Shown here: one piece after another, positions 1 through 13,065 of the stretch
How positions within the stretch are numbered: position 1 is the stretch's first letter
Layout of the letters: each line of letters begins with the position of its first letter
NCBI RefSeq assembly: GCF_963921235.1
Contig: NC_086097.1
Span: 2,108,001-2,172,000, forward strand
Length of the DNA stretch: 64,000 nucleotides
DNA from: Mobula hypostoma
Taxonomy: Eukaryota
Reading direction: 5' to 3'
Translations under genes and position numbers: made by a program
The notes under the pieces: model-generated
What the model was told of the DNA's origin: nothing
Seen by the model: the letters and a program-made list of their open reading frames with translations, nothing else
Databases searched by the model: none

Positions 1-915
1 GGCATGCTCTCTAATCGAGGCAATGTCCTCGTAAGTCTCCTTTGCACTCTCTCTATAGCATCCACATCCTGTAGTGAGGTGACCAGAATTGAGCACAGTA
101 CTCCAAGTGGGGTCTGACCAGGGTCCTATATAGCTGCAACATTACCTCTTGGCTCTTGACCTCAGTTTCATGGTTGACGAAGGTCAATGCACCATTTGCC
201 TTCTTAACCACACTGTCAACCTGTGCAGCAGCTTTGAGTGTCCTATGGACTCGGACCCTAAGATCTCGCCGATCCTCCACATTGCCAAGAGTCTTACCAT
301 TAATATTATATTCTGTCTTCAAATTTGACGTACTGAAATGAGCCACTTCACACTTATCTGGGTTGGACTCCATCTGCCACTTCTCCGCCCAGTTCTGCAT
401 CCTATCGATGTCCCACTGACAACCCTCCAGACTATCCAGAACACCCCCAACTTCTGTGTCATCAGCAAACTTACTAAACCACCCTTCTACTTCCTCATCC
501 AGGTCATTTATAAAAATCACAAAGAGAAGGGGTCCCAGAACAGATCCCTGTGGAACACCACTGATCACCGACCTTCATGCAGAATACAAACCATCTACAA
601 CCACCCTTTGCCTTCTGTGGGCAAACCAATTCTGGATCCATAAAGCAAGTTCTCCTTGGATCCCATGCCTCATTACTTTCTGAAGGAGCCTGGCATGGGG
701 AACCTTATCAAATGCCTTGCTGAAATCCATATACACTATATCTTGCTCTACCTTCATCAGTATGTTTTATTACATCCTCAAAGAATTCAATTAGGCTCAT
801 AAGGCATGACTTGCTCTTGACAAAGCCATGCTGAATATCCCTAATCAGATTAGTTCTCTCCAAATACTGATAAATCCTGCTTCTCAAAATCTTCTCCAAC
901 AACTTGCCCACCACT
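1..915 (-). mobile_element. CR1 LINE ORF2 (RT) fragment, degenerate
   Basis: [40 protein letters not shown] motifs across frames. Confidence 0.9.
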
Positions 916-920
916 GAAGT

Positions 921-1048
921 AAAATGATGAAGGGTGTGAGGGAAGAGAAGTGAGTGGAGTTACTATTACAAGGGAGAAGGTGCTCAAAAAGCTGAAAGAC
1001 CTAAGGGTACATAAGTCACCCAGACCAGATGAATTGCACCTTAAGGTT
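921..1048 (+). mobile_element. CR1 fragment (apparently continues at 6679)
   Basis: Colinear with 25920-26030 of the CR1 at 25790-27510. Confidence 0.75.
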
Positions 1049-1515
1049 AGAAACATAGAAACATAGAAAACCTACAGCACAATACAGGCCCTTTAGCCCG
1101 CAATGCTGTGCCAAACTGTACTACTTTAGAAATTACCTAGGGTTACCCATAGCCCTCTATTTTTCTAAGCTCCATGTACCTATCCAGGAGCCTCTTATAA
1201 TACCCTATCATATCCAAAAGACCATATTGTATCTTCTCTGTAGCATTTGTACTTAAACCATAAGATATAGGAGCAGAATAAAGCCACTTGGCCTATTGAG
1301 TCTACTCTGCTATTCTATCATGGCTGATTTATTTTTCCTGCAGTCTTAGACCCCCTGATTAATCAAGAACCTATCAACCTCTGCTTTAAATATACTCGAT
1401 GACTTGGCCTCCACAGCCGCCCGTAGCAATGAGTTCCACAGATTCACCAGTCTCTGGCTGAAGAAATTCCTCCTCATCTCTGTTCTGAATGGATGTCCCT
1501 CTACGCTGAGACTGT
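1049..1515 (-). mobile_element. Two CR1 3'-end fragments (1049-1235, 1257-1515)
   Basis: (TTTCTATG)n and TCTTATGG tails on the minus strand; RNFFSQRLVNLWNSL motif. Confidence 0.85.
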
Positions 1516-1967
1516 GAAACGATGTTAAAAGGCTGGACAGAGTGGATAGGATTCTTCCAGATACCAAGCCCAGGGCTACTGGTATCTTTCTAAGTTGACG
1601 TGGTGACTGGTCTATCATTGACACACGTAGCAGGATACAGTGTTTGCAGGCCATCTAGACAGATCACCCATACACGGGCACATCCTTCCATACACTTACT
1701 GCTAGAGCTTTCAAAACACTCACTCTTCACCAACACTCAATATTCACATGAGAAATTTTCTGAGAATTCCTACTTTATTGCACATGTTACAAAGTCACTC
1801 GTGATCAGAGAGTGCTTGGTGAAAGGTATCTTGCTGGGAGAGAGAGACATGATGTGCAAAGTATGTGAAGAACAAGGGGATTAGACAGAGCAGCATCCTA
1901 TCACCCTATCAGTGACCCCTCACTCACAGTTTCCACCCTTCCCATCTCTGCAACATAAAACATTTTT

Positions 1968-2986
1968 CCATAAGACATGGAAGCAGAATTAGGCCATTTG
2001 GCCCATCGAGTCTGCTCCACCATTCCATCATGGGCTGATCCTTTTTCCCCTCCTCGGCCTTCTCCCTATAACCTTTGACCTGTGTCCAATCAAGAACCTA
2101 TCAGTCTCTGCCTTAAATATACCCAATTACCTGGCCTCCACAGCTGCCTGTGGTAATAAATTTCGCAAATTCACCACCCTCTGGCTAAAGAAATTTCTCC
2201 GCACCTTTGTTTTAAGTGGACTTACCCCTCTGTTCTGAGGCTGTGAGCACTTGTCCTAGACCACCCCCCCCCCCCCACCGCACCACATTGGGAAACATCC
2301 TTTCCACATCTTCTCTGTCTAGTACTTTCAACATTTGAAAGATTTCAATGAGATTCCCCCCATCCTTCTAAATTCCAGTAAGTACAGACCCAGAGCCATC
2401 AAACATTCCTTGTATGATACCCCTTTCATTCCTGGAATCATCCTTGTGAAACTCCTCTGGACCCTCTCCAATGCCAGCACATCTTTTCTGAGATGAGGAG
2501 CCCAAAACTGTTCAAGGTGAGGTGAGGTCTCACCAGTGCCTTATAAAGCCTCAGCATCACATCCCTGCTCTTGTATTCCAGACCTCTTGAAATGAATGCT
2601 AACATGGCATTTGCCTTCCTCACCACTGACTCGACCTGCAAGTTAACCTTTAGGGTGTTCTGCACACGGGCTCTCACGTCCCTTTGCATCACAGATCTTT
2701 GGATTTTCTCCCTGTTTATAAAATAGTCTGCACATTTATTTCTACTGCCAAAGTGCATGACCATGCATTTTCCAACATTGAATTTCATTTGCCACTTTCT
2801 TGCCCCTTTCCCTAATTTGTCTAAGTCTTTCTGCAGCTTACCTATTTCCTCAACACTACCTGCCCCTCCACCGACCTTCATATCATCTGCAAACTTGGCA
2901 ACAAAGCCATCTATTCCATCGTCAAAATCATTGATATACAGAATAAAAAGAAGTGGTCCCAACACCGACCCTTGTGGAACAATGTG
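1968..2986 (-). mobile_element. 5'-truncated CR1 LINE
   Basis: ORF 2438..2965 with KFADD and [12 protein letters not shown]1 3'UTR and tail. Confidence 0.9.
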
Positions 2987-3177
2987 GTAATTAAGGACAC
3001 AATCAGCAGCTCTGTGTTACGATCAGAGTAAATAATTTCAGAGAAGATTGCATTCTGTCTGCGATGTACTGAAGTTGTGGAAGTCCAGTTTTGGGACTCG
3101 AATAGCTGCATCAACAGTCAGGTGAAAAATGGTTTGCTGCCATTTGTAAATATTGTGTGTTTTCTGTCTGCATTGTA

Positions 3178-3382
3178 TTCTGTCTTTTTGATCCATCTGT
3201 TCCTTTAAATTTGAGATTTCCTCCTGAATAAACCTGATATCCCTTGAACCTCTTGAAGATTTTTCACCACTGGATTTCAAATCCTCTCCTCTTCCCAGAG
3301 ATCCCCAAGTAAACTCTCCTCTTCCTCAGTGCAGTTCAGCAAACTGGGATGTGATGTGAGACTGAACACTGTGTGACTATTC
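3178..3382 (-). pseudogene. Decayed TRIM (A33/NF7-like) coiled-coil exon fragment
   Basis: Across stops and frameshifts it reads E*SHSVQSHITSQFAELH / TEEEESLLGDLWEEERI*NPVVKNLQEVQ / DIRFIQEEISNLKEQMDQKD, like the coiled-coil exon of fish TRIM-B30.2 genes (recalled, not searched). Confidence 0.55.
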
Positions 3383-3587
3383 CTGAACCCTGGCAGTCAA
3401 TTCGAGTCTTCCCAGTTCGTCGGAAAGATCATCACCTCAACTATAATCAGCTCCCAAGGTCTTTGTTACATCCAGTATTCCGGTGCAAGACAACCTGGAA
3501 TTGTTGCAGGGTGAGGGGGGATATGCTGCCTGCAGGTGTAGAGCTTGAAAATTCCATTTTGGCTTTCAAGAGGAAGTTAGACAAATA

Positions 3588-3850
3588 GAACAGAGATGTG
3601 GAGGAATTTCTTCAGCCAGAGAGTGGTGAATTTGGGGAATTCATTGCTACAGACGACTGTGGAAGCCAAGTTATTGAGTATATTTAAAGCAGAGGTTGAT
3701 AGGTTCTTGATTAATCAGGGAGTTAATGGTTACATTAGAGAAAACAGGAGAATGGGATTGAGTGGGATAATAAATTAGCCTTGATAGAATGGTGGAGCAG
3801 ACTCGATGGGCCAAATGGCCTAATTCTGCTCCTTTGTCTTATGATCTTAA
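3588..3850 (+). mobile_element. CR1 3' end
   Basis: RNFFSQRVVNL motif and tail. Confidence 0.85.
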
Positions 3851-4500
3851 ACCACTGATCCTTTCTAGGGATGGGAGCGATGCTATTCATAAAGTGATTT
3901 GCAGCCCTTAAAGAGAATTTTAAAGATCAGCTTTGTTGTTCACATGCTCATCAAAACATACAGTGCAGTTTTATCAAATCAAATCAGTAAGGATTGTGCT
4001 GGGCTGCCTTCAAATGTTCTCACAGCTCCAGTGTCCACAACTCACTAATGCTAAATGTCTACCTTTGGAACTTGGGAGGAAACTGGACCAGCGGGAGGAA
4101 ACCCATGAAGTCAGGGGGTGATGTACAAACTCCTTACAGGATTTGCAGAAAATGAACTCTGATCAGTTTTACATCTGCGTGGCGCTAACTGCTAAACCAC
4201 CATGGCACCCAGCAACATAAGTGACACTCTGCACTGTAATGTTCTCCAAATTGCCAAATCTTACACCAGCTTCATTTTCCAAGAGAACATTTGGGCCAGT
4301 CGTCATCTCAGGAATCCAGGTGAACGTCTGAAGGAGGTGTCCGGGCGATCGCCCAGTGGGGGTGTGTAAATGAGCGCCCGATGGTGGTATCAAAATGTGA
4401 GCCTTCAGTCCCTGACAAATTTATTTCTGCTTAATGTTAGACAGCCTGAATGGTTAGCTCTGTTTCTTCCTTCACAGATGTTTCATCCAATCATCCCTCC

Positions 4501-4588
4501 TGTCACGTGCCCCGTGACGGGTTACAGAACCAGCAGAGATGGAAAACACTTTGGAGTCCAGTATTGCTATTAACTAATAGCAATAACT
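4501..4588. mobile_element. Possible LTR fragment (starts TGTCAC), split by a CR1 and resuming at about 5322-5430
   Basis: TG start and AT-rich continuation after the CR1 tail; no internal region seen. Confidence 0.3.
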
Positions 4589-5324
4589 AAGGTGCAACAA
4601 GACCTGGGTGTCATTGTACACCAGTCATTGAAAGTGGGCATGCAGGTACAGCAGGCGTTGAAAAAGGCGAATGGTATGCTGGCATTTATAGCGAGAGGAT
4701 TCGAGTACAGGATCAGGGAGGTACTACTGCAGTTGTACAAGGCCTTGGTGAGACCACACCTGGAGTATTGTGTGCAGTTTTGGTCCCCTAATCTGAGGAA
4801 AGACATCCTTGCCTTAGAGGGAGTACAAAGAAGGTTCACCAGATTGATTCCTGGGATGGCAGGACTTTCATATGAAGAAAGACTGGATGAACTGGGCTTG
4901 TACTCGTTGGAATTTAGAAGATTGAGGGGGGATCTGATTGAAATGTATAAGATCCTAAAGGGATTGGACAGGCTAGATGCAGGAAAATTGTTCCCGATGT
5001 TGGGGAAGTCCAGAACGAGGGGCCACAGTTTGAGGATAGAGGGGAAGCCTTTTAGGACCGAGATGAGGAAAAACTTCTTCACACAGAGAGTGGTGAATCT
5101 GTGGAATTCTCTGCCACAGGAAACAGTTGAGGCCAGTTCATTGGCTATATTTAAGAGGGAGTTAGATATGGCCCTTGTGGCTACGGGGATCAGGGGGTAT
5201 GGAGAGAAGGCTGGGGCGGGGTTCTGAGTTGGATGGTCAGCCATGATCATAATAAATGGCGGTGCAGGCTCGAAGGGCCAAATGGCCTACTCCTGCACCT
5301 ATTTTCTATGTTTCTATGTTTCTA
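4589..5324 (+). mobile_element. Young CR1 (subfamily A), 5'-truncated
   Basis: Open ORF2 C-terminus (4592..5227); (TTTCTATG)n tail; near-identical to the copies at 30.6, 40.7 and 51.8 kb. Confidence 0.95.
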
Positions 5325-5432
5325 ATGGTATTTATTAGTAACTAGACAATACAGTAATATATATGCAGATAAATCAAACAGATTAGCAATGATTATTTGA
5401 TATACAAGTGTGGAAATATATGAAAATATACG

Positions 5433-5890
5433 ATCCACAAAGCTGTGCTAAACATGTCCTTACCTTAGAACTACCTAGGCTTACCCATAGCCCTCTATTT
5501 TTCTAAGCTCCATGATCCCATCCAGGAGTCTCTTAAAAGACCCTATTGTATCCGCCTCCACCACAGCCGCCGGCAGCCCATTCCACGCACTCACCACTCT
5601 CCGCGTAAAAAACTTACCCCTGACATCTCCTCTGTACCTACTTCCAAGCATCTCAAAACTATGCCTTATCGCGCTAGCCATTTCAGCCCTGGGGAAAAGC
5701 CTCTGACTGTCCACACTATCAAAGCGTCTCATCATCTTACACACCTCTATCAGGTCACCTCTCATCCTCCATCGCTCCAAGGAGAAAAGGCCGAGTTCAC
5801 TCAACCTATTCTCGTAAGGCATGCTCCCCAATCCAGGCAACATCCTTGTAAATCTCCTCTGCACGCTTTCTATCATTTCCACATCCTTCA
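5433..5890 (-). mobile_element. CR1 3' fragment
   Basis: ORF 5481..5894 encodes the CR1 ORF2 C-terminus. Confidence 0.9.
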
Positions 5891-6465
5891 ACATCTCTAT
5901 GAAGTGGTACAGTCGACGTTTTGGGCTGAGGGCCTTTGTCAGGACTAACTGAAAGAAGAAATAGTAATAGATTTGAAAGTGGGAGGGGGAGAGGGAGATC
6001 TGAAATGATCGGAGAAGACAGGAGGGGGAGGGATGAAGCCAAGAGCTGAGAAGTTGATTGGCAAAAGGGAAACAAAGCTGGAGACATGGGAGAAAGAAAG
6101 GGGGAGGGGAGCACTGGAGGAAGGTGGAGAGAAGGCAAAGGAGTGCTTGTGAGAGGGAAAGAGAGAGAGAAAAAAGGGGGGGAATAAATGAATAAGTAAA
6201 TAAAATAAGGGATGGGGTAAGAAGGGGAGGAGGGTCATTAGCGGAAGTTAGAGAAGTCAGTGTTCATGCCATCAGGTTGGAGGCTACCCAAATGGAATAT
6301 AAGGTGTTGTTCCTCCAACCTGAGTGTGGCTTCATCTTCACAGTAGAGGAGGCCGTGGACAGACATATCAGAATGGGAATGGGACATGGAATTAAAATGT
6401 GTGGCCACTGGGAGATCCTGCTTTCTCTGGCGGACAGAGCGTAGGTGTTCAGATTCGCTGAACAC
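5891..6465 (-). mobile_element. Penelope-like element 3' part (endonuclease C-terminus plus pLTR with mutated hammerhead at 5910-5947)
   Basis: EHLRSV...PVATHFNS...LEEQHLIFHLGSLQPDGMN is the typical PLE GIY-YIG domain C-terminus. Confidence 0.85.
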
Positions 6466-6485
6466 CGCTCTGTAAAGCTGTCCTT

Positions 6486-6669
6486 TTTAAACTCTTCCCG
6501 CCGTTCTCACTGGCCAACCTCCACGCACTTGTGCAGTCGTGCTGCATTCAAACTGCTGAATAAATAACCATCACCTTTTCAACCCTGCTCGAATTTAAAC
6601 TCTTCCACTCGTTCTCACTGGCCGACCTCCATGCGCTTGCGCAGTTGTGCTCCGTTCAAACTGCTGAAG
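6486..6669. repeat. Duplicated ~75-bp unit (6486-6560 and 6594-6669), possibly LINE 5'UTR monomers
   Basis: tttaaactcttcc...gttctcactggcc...ttcaaactgctgaa occurs twice. Confidence 0.6.
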
Positions 6670-6678
6670 AAGTGAAGA

Positions 6679-7916
6679 AAGGTTCTGAAAGAGATAGCGA
6701 TTGAGATTGTAGAAATGATCTTTCAAAAATCATTGGACTCTGGCATGGTGCCTGAGGACGGGAAAATTGCAAATGTCACTCCACTCTTTAAGAAAGGAGG
6801 AAGGCAGCAGAAAGGAAATTATAGAACAGTTAGCCTGACCTAACTGATTGGGAAGATGTTGAAGTCAATTGTTAAGGATGAGGTGATGGAGTACTTGGTG
6901 ACACAGGACAAGATAGTACAAAGTCAGCATGGTTTCCTTCAGGGAAAATCCTGCCTGATGAGTCTGTTGGAATTATTTGAGGAGATTACATGTAGGATAG
7001 ATAAAGGGGATGTAGTGGATGCTGTATATTTGGACTTTCAGAAGGCCTTTGACAAGGTGCCACACATGAGGCTGCTTACGAAGTAAGAGCCCATGGTATT
7101 ACATGAAAGTCACTGGCATGGTTAGAGCATTGGCTGATTGGTAAGGGAATAAAAGGATTCATTTCTGGTTGTCTGCAAGTGACTAATGCTGTTCTACAGA
7201 GGTTGATGTTAGAACCGTTTCTTTTTATGCTATACACAAATGATTTAGATGATGGAATAGATGGCTTTGTTGCCAAATTGCAGATGTTACAGAGATTGGT
7301 GGTGGGGCAGGTGGTATAGAGGAAACAGGTAGGATGCAGAAGGACTTAGACAAATGAGGAGAATGGGCAAGAAAGTGGCAAATGAAATTCAATGTTGGAA
7401 AATGCATGGTCATGCACTTTGGTAGTAGAAATAAATGTGCGGACTATTTTTTAAATGCGGGGAAAATCCAAATCTGAGATGCAAAGCAACTTGGGGGTGC
7501 ATGTGTAGAACAACCCAAAGGTTAACTTGCAGGTTGAGCTGGTGGTGAGGAAGGCAAATGCAATGTTGGCTTTCATTTCAAGAGGTCTCGAATACAAGAG
7601 CAGGGATGTGATGCTGAGGCTTTATAAGGCACTGGTGAGGCCTCACCTTGAGTATTGTGAACAGTTTTGGGCTCCTCATCTCAGAAAAGATGTGCTGGCA
7701 TTGGAGAGGGTCCAGAGGAGGTTGAAAGGCCTGGACAGAGTAGATGTGAAAAGGGTGTTTCCCAGGGTAAGGGGAGTCTCGGACAAGAGGGCACAGCTTC
7801 AGGATAGTCCATTTAAAACAGATGCGGAGAAATTTCTTTAGCCAGAGTGTGGTGAATTTGTGGAATTTATTACCACAGGCAGCTGTCAAGGCCAGGTCGT
7901 TGGGTGTATTTAAAGA
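6679..7916 (+). mobile_element. Degenerate CR1 ORF2 (RT)
   Basis: [37 protein letters not shown]. Confidence 0.9.
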
Positions 7917-8367
7917 CGTCCTTCTATTCTGCCCTCTGGACCGAGACTTCCCCAACTATAGGAAACATCCTTACAACATCTATTCTGCAGGCCTTTCAAT
8001 GTTTGACAGGTTTCAATGAAACTCCCCAGCCTCATTTTTCTCAACTCCTCTCATTCTCATGAACCTCTTCTGGACCCTATCCAATGCCTGCACTTAGATC
8101 TTTTCTTAAATGAGCAACATCCATCATGTTCAGCATAATGAAGTGAGGAAGGCCAGCAGTCCATTGCATTACATCAGATCATGTAACAGGATGCACCCTT
8201 TCACTGTGAGTGACTGTAATACATTGCATACCATCTCACACCAGCACTCATAACTCTAAAGCTAACCCTAAAAATACTTGCCCCTTTTCCTGGCTCAGTG
8301 AGAACCACATCATGGACACTTTCTGATAACAGGACTGTGAGTAATTAGGAGTGAATAAGATGTAAGT

Positions 8368-8655
8368 TTAGAACACAGAACATTGAATGGTACCACACAG
8401 GAACACGCCCTTCAGCCCACAATTTTGTGCTGAACCAAATAAATTAGTCAGCAAATAGACACTTAAACCAATCCCTTATTCCTTCACAATCTCCATATCC
8501 CTCCAGTTTCCTCACATTCATGTGCCTATCTAAATGTTTCTTAAAAGTCTCTAATGTATCTGCCTCTGCCCCCACCCCAGGCAGCACGTTCCCAACACCC
8601 ACCACTCTGTGTAAAATATAAACAAACAAACTTGCCCCTCACATCTCCTTTGAAA
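8368..8655 (-). mobile_element. CR1 3' end
   Basis: RVVGVGNVLP...FKKHLDRHM motif and 3'UTR. Confidence 0.8.
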
Positions 8656-8657
8656 CT

Positions 8658-8948
8658 AGTGTGATCGTGGGACTGTCACAGCAGGATGAGGAGTGGGGAA
8701 TCAGGACAGTGTGATCGCGGGACTGTCACAGCAGGGGAAGGTGCGGGGACTCAGGACAGTGTGATCGCGGGCAGGACAAGGAGCGAGGGGCTCGGGACAG
8801 TGTGATCGTGGGACCGTCGCGGCAGGGGGAGGTGCGGGGACTCAGGACAGTGTGATCGCGGGACCGTCACGGCAGGGGGAGGAGCAAGGGGCTCGGGACA
8901 GTGTGATCGCGGGACTGTCACAGCAGGGGGAGGAGTGAGGGGCTGGGG
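8658..8948. repeat. GC-rich minisatellite, ~50-bp unit x6 (one internally deleted)
   Basis: agtgtgatcgcgggactgtcacagcagggg... starts at 8658, 8708, 8758, 8799, 8849, 8900. Confidence 0.9.
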
Positions 8949-8989
8949 AAAGCGCTGAGTGCTGGGAAACAGCTGAGGAGCTGAGGTGA

Positions 8990-9380
8990 GTGTGATTTAA
9001 AAGGAGTGCGGAGGGCAACTGAAGGGTTAAACAGAGTGTTGATTAGTTGATTAGAGGGAGTGAGTACTGGAGATAATTGGCAGGGACAAATAAAAGGAGG
9101 GGTAACTGAAGAGGAGTGGCCAGTGTGTGAGTGGCTCAGGGTAGGAGTGGAGCTTTGAGGCTTTGGCGAGCCGAGGCTGAGGATGAACCTGCTCCCAGTG
9201 AGGTAAGGCTGGGTAAGTTGCTTTAATTACTCTAATTACCTTAGGAGTAGGAAATGGAGGCAGCAGTTAGGGCAGTCGAGTGCTCCGTTTGCAGGATGTG
9301 GGAAGTCAGGGTGAGCACAATTATCTCTGATGACTACACCTGTAAAAGGTGCATCCAGCTGCAGCTCCTGACAAACTGAG
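8990..9380 (+). mobile_element. CR1 5'UTR and ORF1 N-terminus (zinc finger / leucine zipper)
   Basis: ATG at 9254: MEAAVRAVECSVCRMWEVRVSTIISDDYTCKRCIQLQLLTN* (CxxC...CxxC). Confidence 0.75.
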
Positions 9381-9475
9381 TCAGGCCCGGGGACTTATCC
9401 ATCCTAATGTATTTTAACAACTCCAACACCTCCTCTCCCTTAATATCAACATGCTCCAGAACATCAACCTCACTC

Positions 9476-10730
9476 ATATTAGGATGCTTTTCATTGCCTA
9501 CAGTTCAGCCTGCAATACTACCATCCCCTTAAAACTAACCTGTAATTTTCAAGACCCTGGCCTCAGTACCTCTTTACGTGACTGGGTTCTCGATTTCCTC
9601 CCTTGCAGACCCCAGTCAGTCTGGATTGGCAGCAACATCTCCTCCATCAGCGCTGTGTGCTTAGCCCCCTGCTCTACTCACTTTATGTTTATTACCGTGT
9701 GGCTAAGCAGAGCTCCAATGCCATACTCAAGTTTACTGAAAAGCACCACTGTTGGAGGCCGAATCAGAGGTGGTGACGAATCAGCACATCGGAGGGAGAT
9801 TGAAAATCTGTCTGAGGGGTGCCACAACAACCTCTTACTCAGTGTCAGCAAGACCAAGGAGCTGATTATTGACTTCAGGGGGAGGAAACCAGAAGTGCAA
9901 CAGCTAGTCCTCATCAGAGGATCAGAAGTGGAGAGAGTCAGCAACATTAAACTCCTCATTGTTATCATCTCCTGGGCCCAGCAGGTAAGTGCAATTATGA
10001 AGGAAGCACGACAGCACCTCTACTTCATTAGGATTTTAAGAAGGTTTGCCATGACATCTAGAATTCTGACAAATTTCTCCAGATATGTATTGACTGGCTG
10101 TATCACAGCCTGCTATGGAAACACCGACATCCTTGAATGGAAAACCCCACAAAAAGTAGCGGATATGACCCAGTCCATCATGAGTAAAGTCTTTCCCGCC
10201 ATCGAAAACATCTACACGGAGCGTTGTCACAGGAAGGCAGCATCCATCATCAGGGGCTCCCGTCACGCAGGACACAAGCTGCTCTTGCTGTTTCCATCAA
10301 GAAGGAGGAGCTGGAAGCTCAAGACCCACTCTTCCGGGTTCAGGAACAGTCACTATTCCTCAACCATCTGGCTCATGAACCAGAGGTGGTAACTTCACTC
10401 ACTTCACTCACCTCAACACTGAACCCTGCTCCCACAACCTATAGATTTACTGTCAAGCACTCTTCAGCTCATGTTCTCAATATTTATTGTTTATTTATTT
10501 ATTATTATTATTAGTAGAAGTAGCAGTAACTGTATTTATTTCTTTTGCTTTTGGTATTTGCATAATTTGTTGTCGTTTGCACACTGGTTGTTGTCCATCC
10601 ATTGGGTGCGGTCTTTGATTCTATTGAGTTTCTTGTATTTACTGTGATTGCCCTCATGAAAATGAATCTCGGGGTGGTATATGGTGACATATACATATTA
10701 TATAATAAATTTATTTGAACTTTGAACTTG
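9476..10730 (+). mobile_element. Rex1/Babar-type LINE RT and 3'UTR, degenerate
   Basis: IRMLFIAYSSACNT, VSKTKELIIDFR, GCITACYG motifs; TGAACT-type tail. Confidence 0.85.
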
Positions 10731-11429
10731 CTGCCTATTGAGTGTACAGAGAGTCTACATATGCTCTGTTTCCTATTTCTTTATCATTAATGTTATTTTT
10801 CTTTTTTGCATTTGTACAATTAATTGTCTTTTGCACAATGGCTGTTTGCCTGTCCTTGTTGTATTTCATTGATCCTCTTGTGTTTCATTGATTCTCCTGT
10901 GTTTCTTTCCATTTACATACCACAGGCTCTCTCTCTCTCTCTCTCTAATAAGGGAAAAAGAGATGTCCCCATTTCACAGTGAGAGGGGAGATGTAACAAA
11001 CAACTCGCTGATTACGGTGTTAAAAGTCTGTTGTGTGGCTTTTTCCGAACTCTGTGCCCAGATAGTCAGCACTAAAAACGCACAGCTCTCTGGACGCACA
11101 ACCCCCTGGCAGCTAACCAACTGCTCCCAATGATCCGTGTTCTCCTGCGATGCTTCAGTCAGGCGTACCTGCCTAGAATCAGCACGTCCCCAGAGCCACA
11201 AAAAGCCCCAATCCTGAAGGCTGTGTCAAAAAGCAACCGGTTGTGAGGCCCTGAGAGCGGGTCCCATTCCCAAAAAAACCAAAGGCAGAGTGTAACTCCA
11301 GGTCAGGGTCTTCAAAAGAACCCCCATACCATAAATAGGGAAAAAAGAGATATCAAAGATAGCTGTTTCTGAAGATGCAAGCAAAGCAGTTGCCGTTCAG
11401 CGCCATCTTGAGTTCGCCCCACCTCCAGA

Positions 11430-12440
11430 TCAGGAATTGACGGCTTTGTGGCGAAGTCTGCGGATGATATGATGATAGGTGGAGGGGCAGATAGTGCTGA
11501 GGAAGCAATGTGATTGCAGCAGGACTTAGACAAATTGGAAGAATGGGCAGAAAAGTGGCAAATGCAATACAGTGTTGGGAAATGTATGATAATGCATTTT
11601 GGTAAAAGGAACAATAGTGCGGACTATTATCTAAATGAGGAGAAGGTTCAAACATCAGAGGTGCAGAGGGACTTAGGAGTCCTCGTGTAAGACTCCCAGG
11701 AGGTTAATTTACAGATTGAGTCTGTGGTAAAGAAGGCAAATGCAATGTTGGTATTTATTTCAAGGGGAATAGAATATAAAAGCAAGGAGGTAATGCTGAG
11801 TCTTTATAAGACACTAGTCAGGCTGCATTTAGATAGATAGATAGATAGACATACTTTATTGATCCTGAGGGAAATTGGGTTTCGTTACAGCTGCACCAAC
11901 CAAGTGGAGTATTGTCAACAGTTTTTGACCCCCATATCTCAGAAAGGATGTATTGTCATTGGAGAGAGTGCAGAGGAGGTTCACAATAATTATTCTGGGA
12001 ATGAAGGGTTAACATATGAGGAGCATTTGACAGCTTTGGGCCTGTAGTCACTGGAATTTAGAAGAATGTGTGGGGATCTCATTGAAACCTACTGAATGTT
12101 GAAAGGACTAGATAGGATGGATGTGGAGAGGATGTTTCCTATCGTGGGGGTATCTGGAACTAGAGAACACAGCCTCAAAATTGAGGGGCGACCTTTTAGA
12201 GAGGCGGTATAGGGGAAGTTTTTTAGCCAGAGACTAGTAAATCTGTGGAATGCTCTGCCACAGTCTGTGGTGGAGGCCAAGTCTGTGGGTGTATTTAAGG
12301 TGGAGGGTGATTGTTTGCTGATTGGTCAGGGCATCAGAGGATCTGGTGTATGAGGTTGAGTGGGATCCAGGATCAGTTATGATGAAATGGTGGAGCAGAC
12401 TCGTTGGGCTCAATGGCCTAATTCTGCTCCTGTGTCTTAA
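11430..12440 (+). mobile_element. Degenerate CR1, interrupted at about 11830-11900 by an (AGAT)n-tailed insertion
   Basis: CR1 RT C-terminal half and 3'UTR. Confidence 0.85.
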
Positions 12441-13065
12441 AGTGTTAATTAAGTCAACATTTGCATTCCAGAAGGAACAGATAAAACACTTAAGGAGGAA
12501 ATGTAGTGGGGTGGAGCTGGTGGGATTTCTTTTGGAAGACCTATCCCAGAATTGCTTATTATTTCATGAAAAAATGTCTGTATATATCATCAGATGAGGC
12601 ACTTTCGACATGCAATGCAGAGCGTATTGTGAATCTATGACATGGATTGAGAAGCTCTTGTTGATTTTAATGTGGTATCAACAGAATCCCATCATTCTGA
12701 AAATGGCAAAGGTAGATTTCAGCATGAAGTGTTGATAATCCCAAACCCCAAATTCTGTCCATGGTGCTCCAGAGAGGTTTCTATCCCACCAGTGAAATCC
12801 TGAGTAACGACTTGTTTTATTCAATGGATGAGAACTTAGAAATTAGAGCTAAGAGCAATTTAGCACAGTTCACCCACCAAATTGCGTAAGGGTGATGTGA
12901 AACTAGAAGCCCCTTCCCGTAAAAATCCTGTGCTACAGAAATGGCAACTGATGCTCCAAAGACCTCATCCCTGGTAGAAGAAGGAGCTTCAAAGATGGGC
13001 AACACCTGGGGACAATGTGAAAGACCAGCGCAGGACACAGGACTCGGGTGAGCTGTTCTCAGTGA

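Noticed and set aside
4570..5250. Long antisense ORFs over CR1 copies (also 31370, 32742, 41409, 52122)
   Set aside because: They are shadow frames of LINE ORF2 that recur in every copy, with no independent evidence.
5910..5947. Active hammerheads at 5910, 24050, 30238, 55826 and 63394
   Set aside because: Essential core nucleotides (CUGAnGA or GAAA) are mutated or missing.
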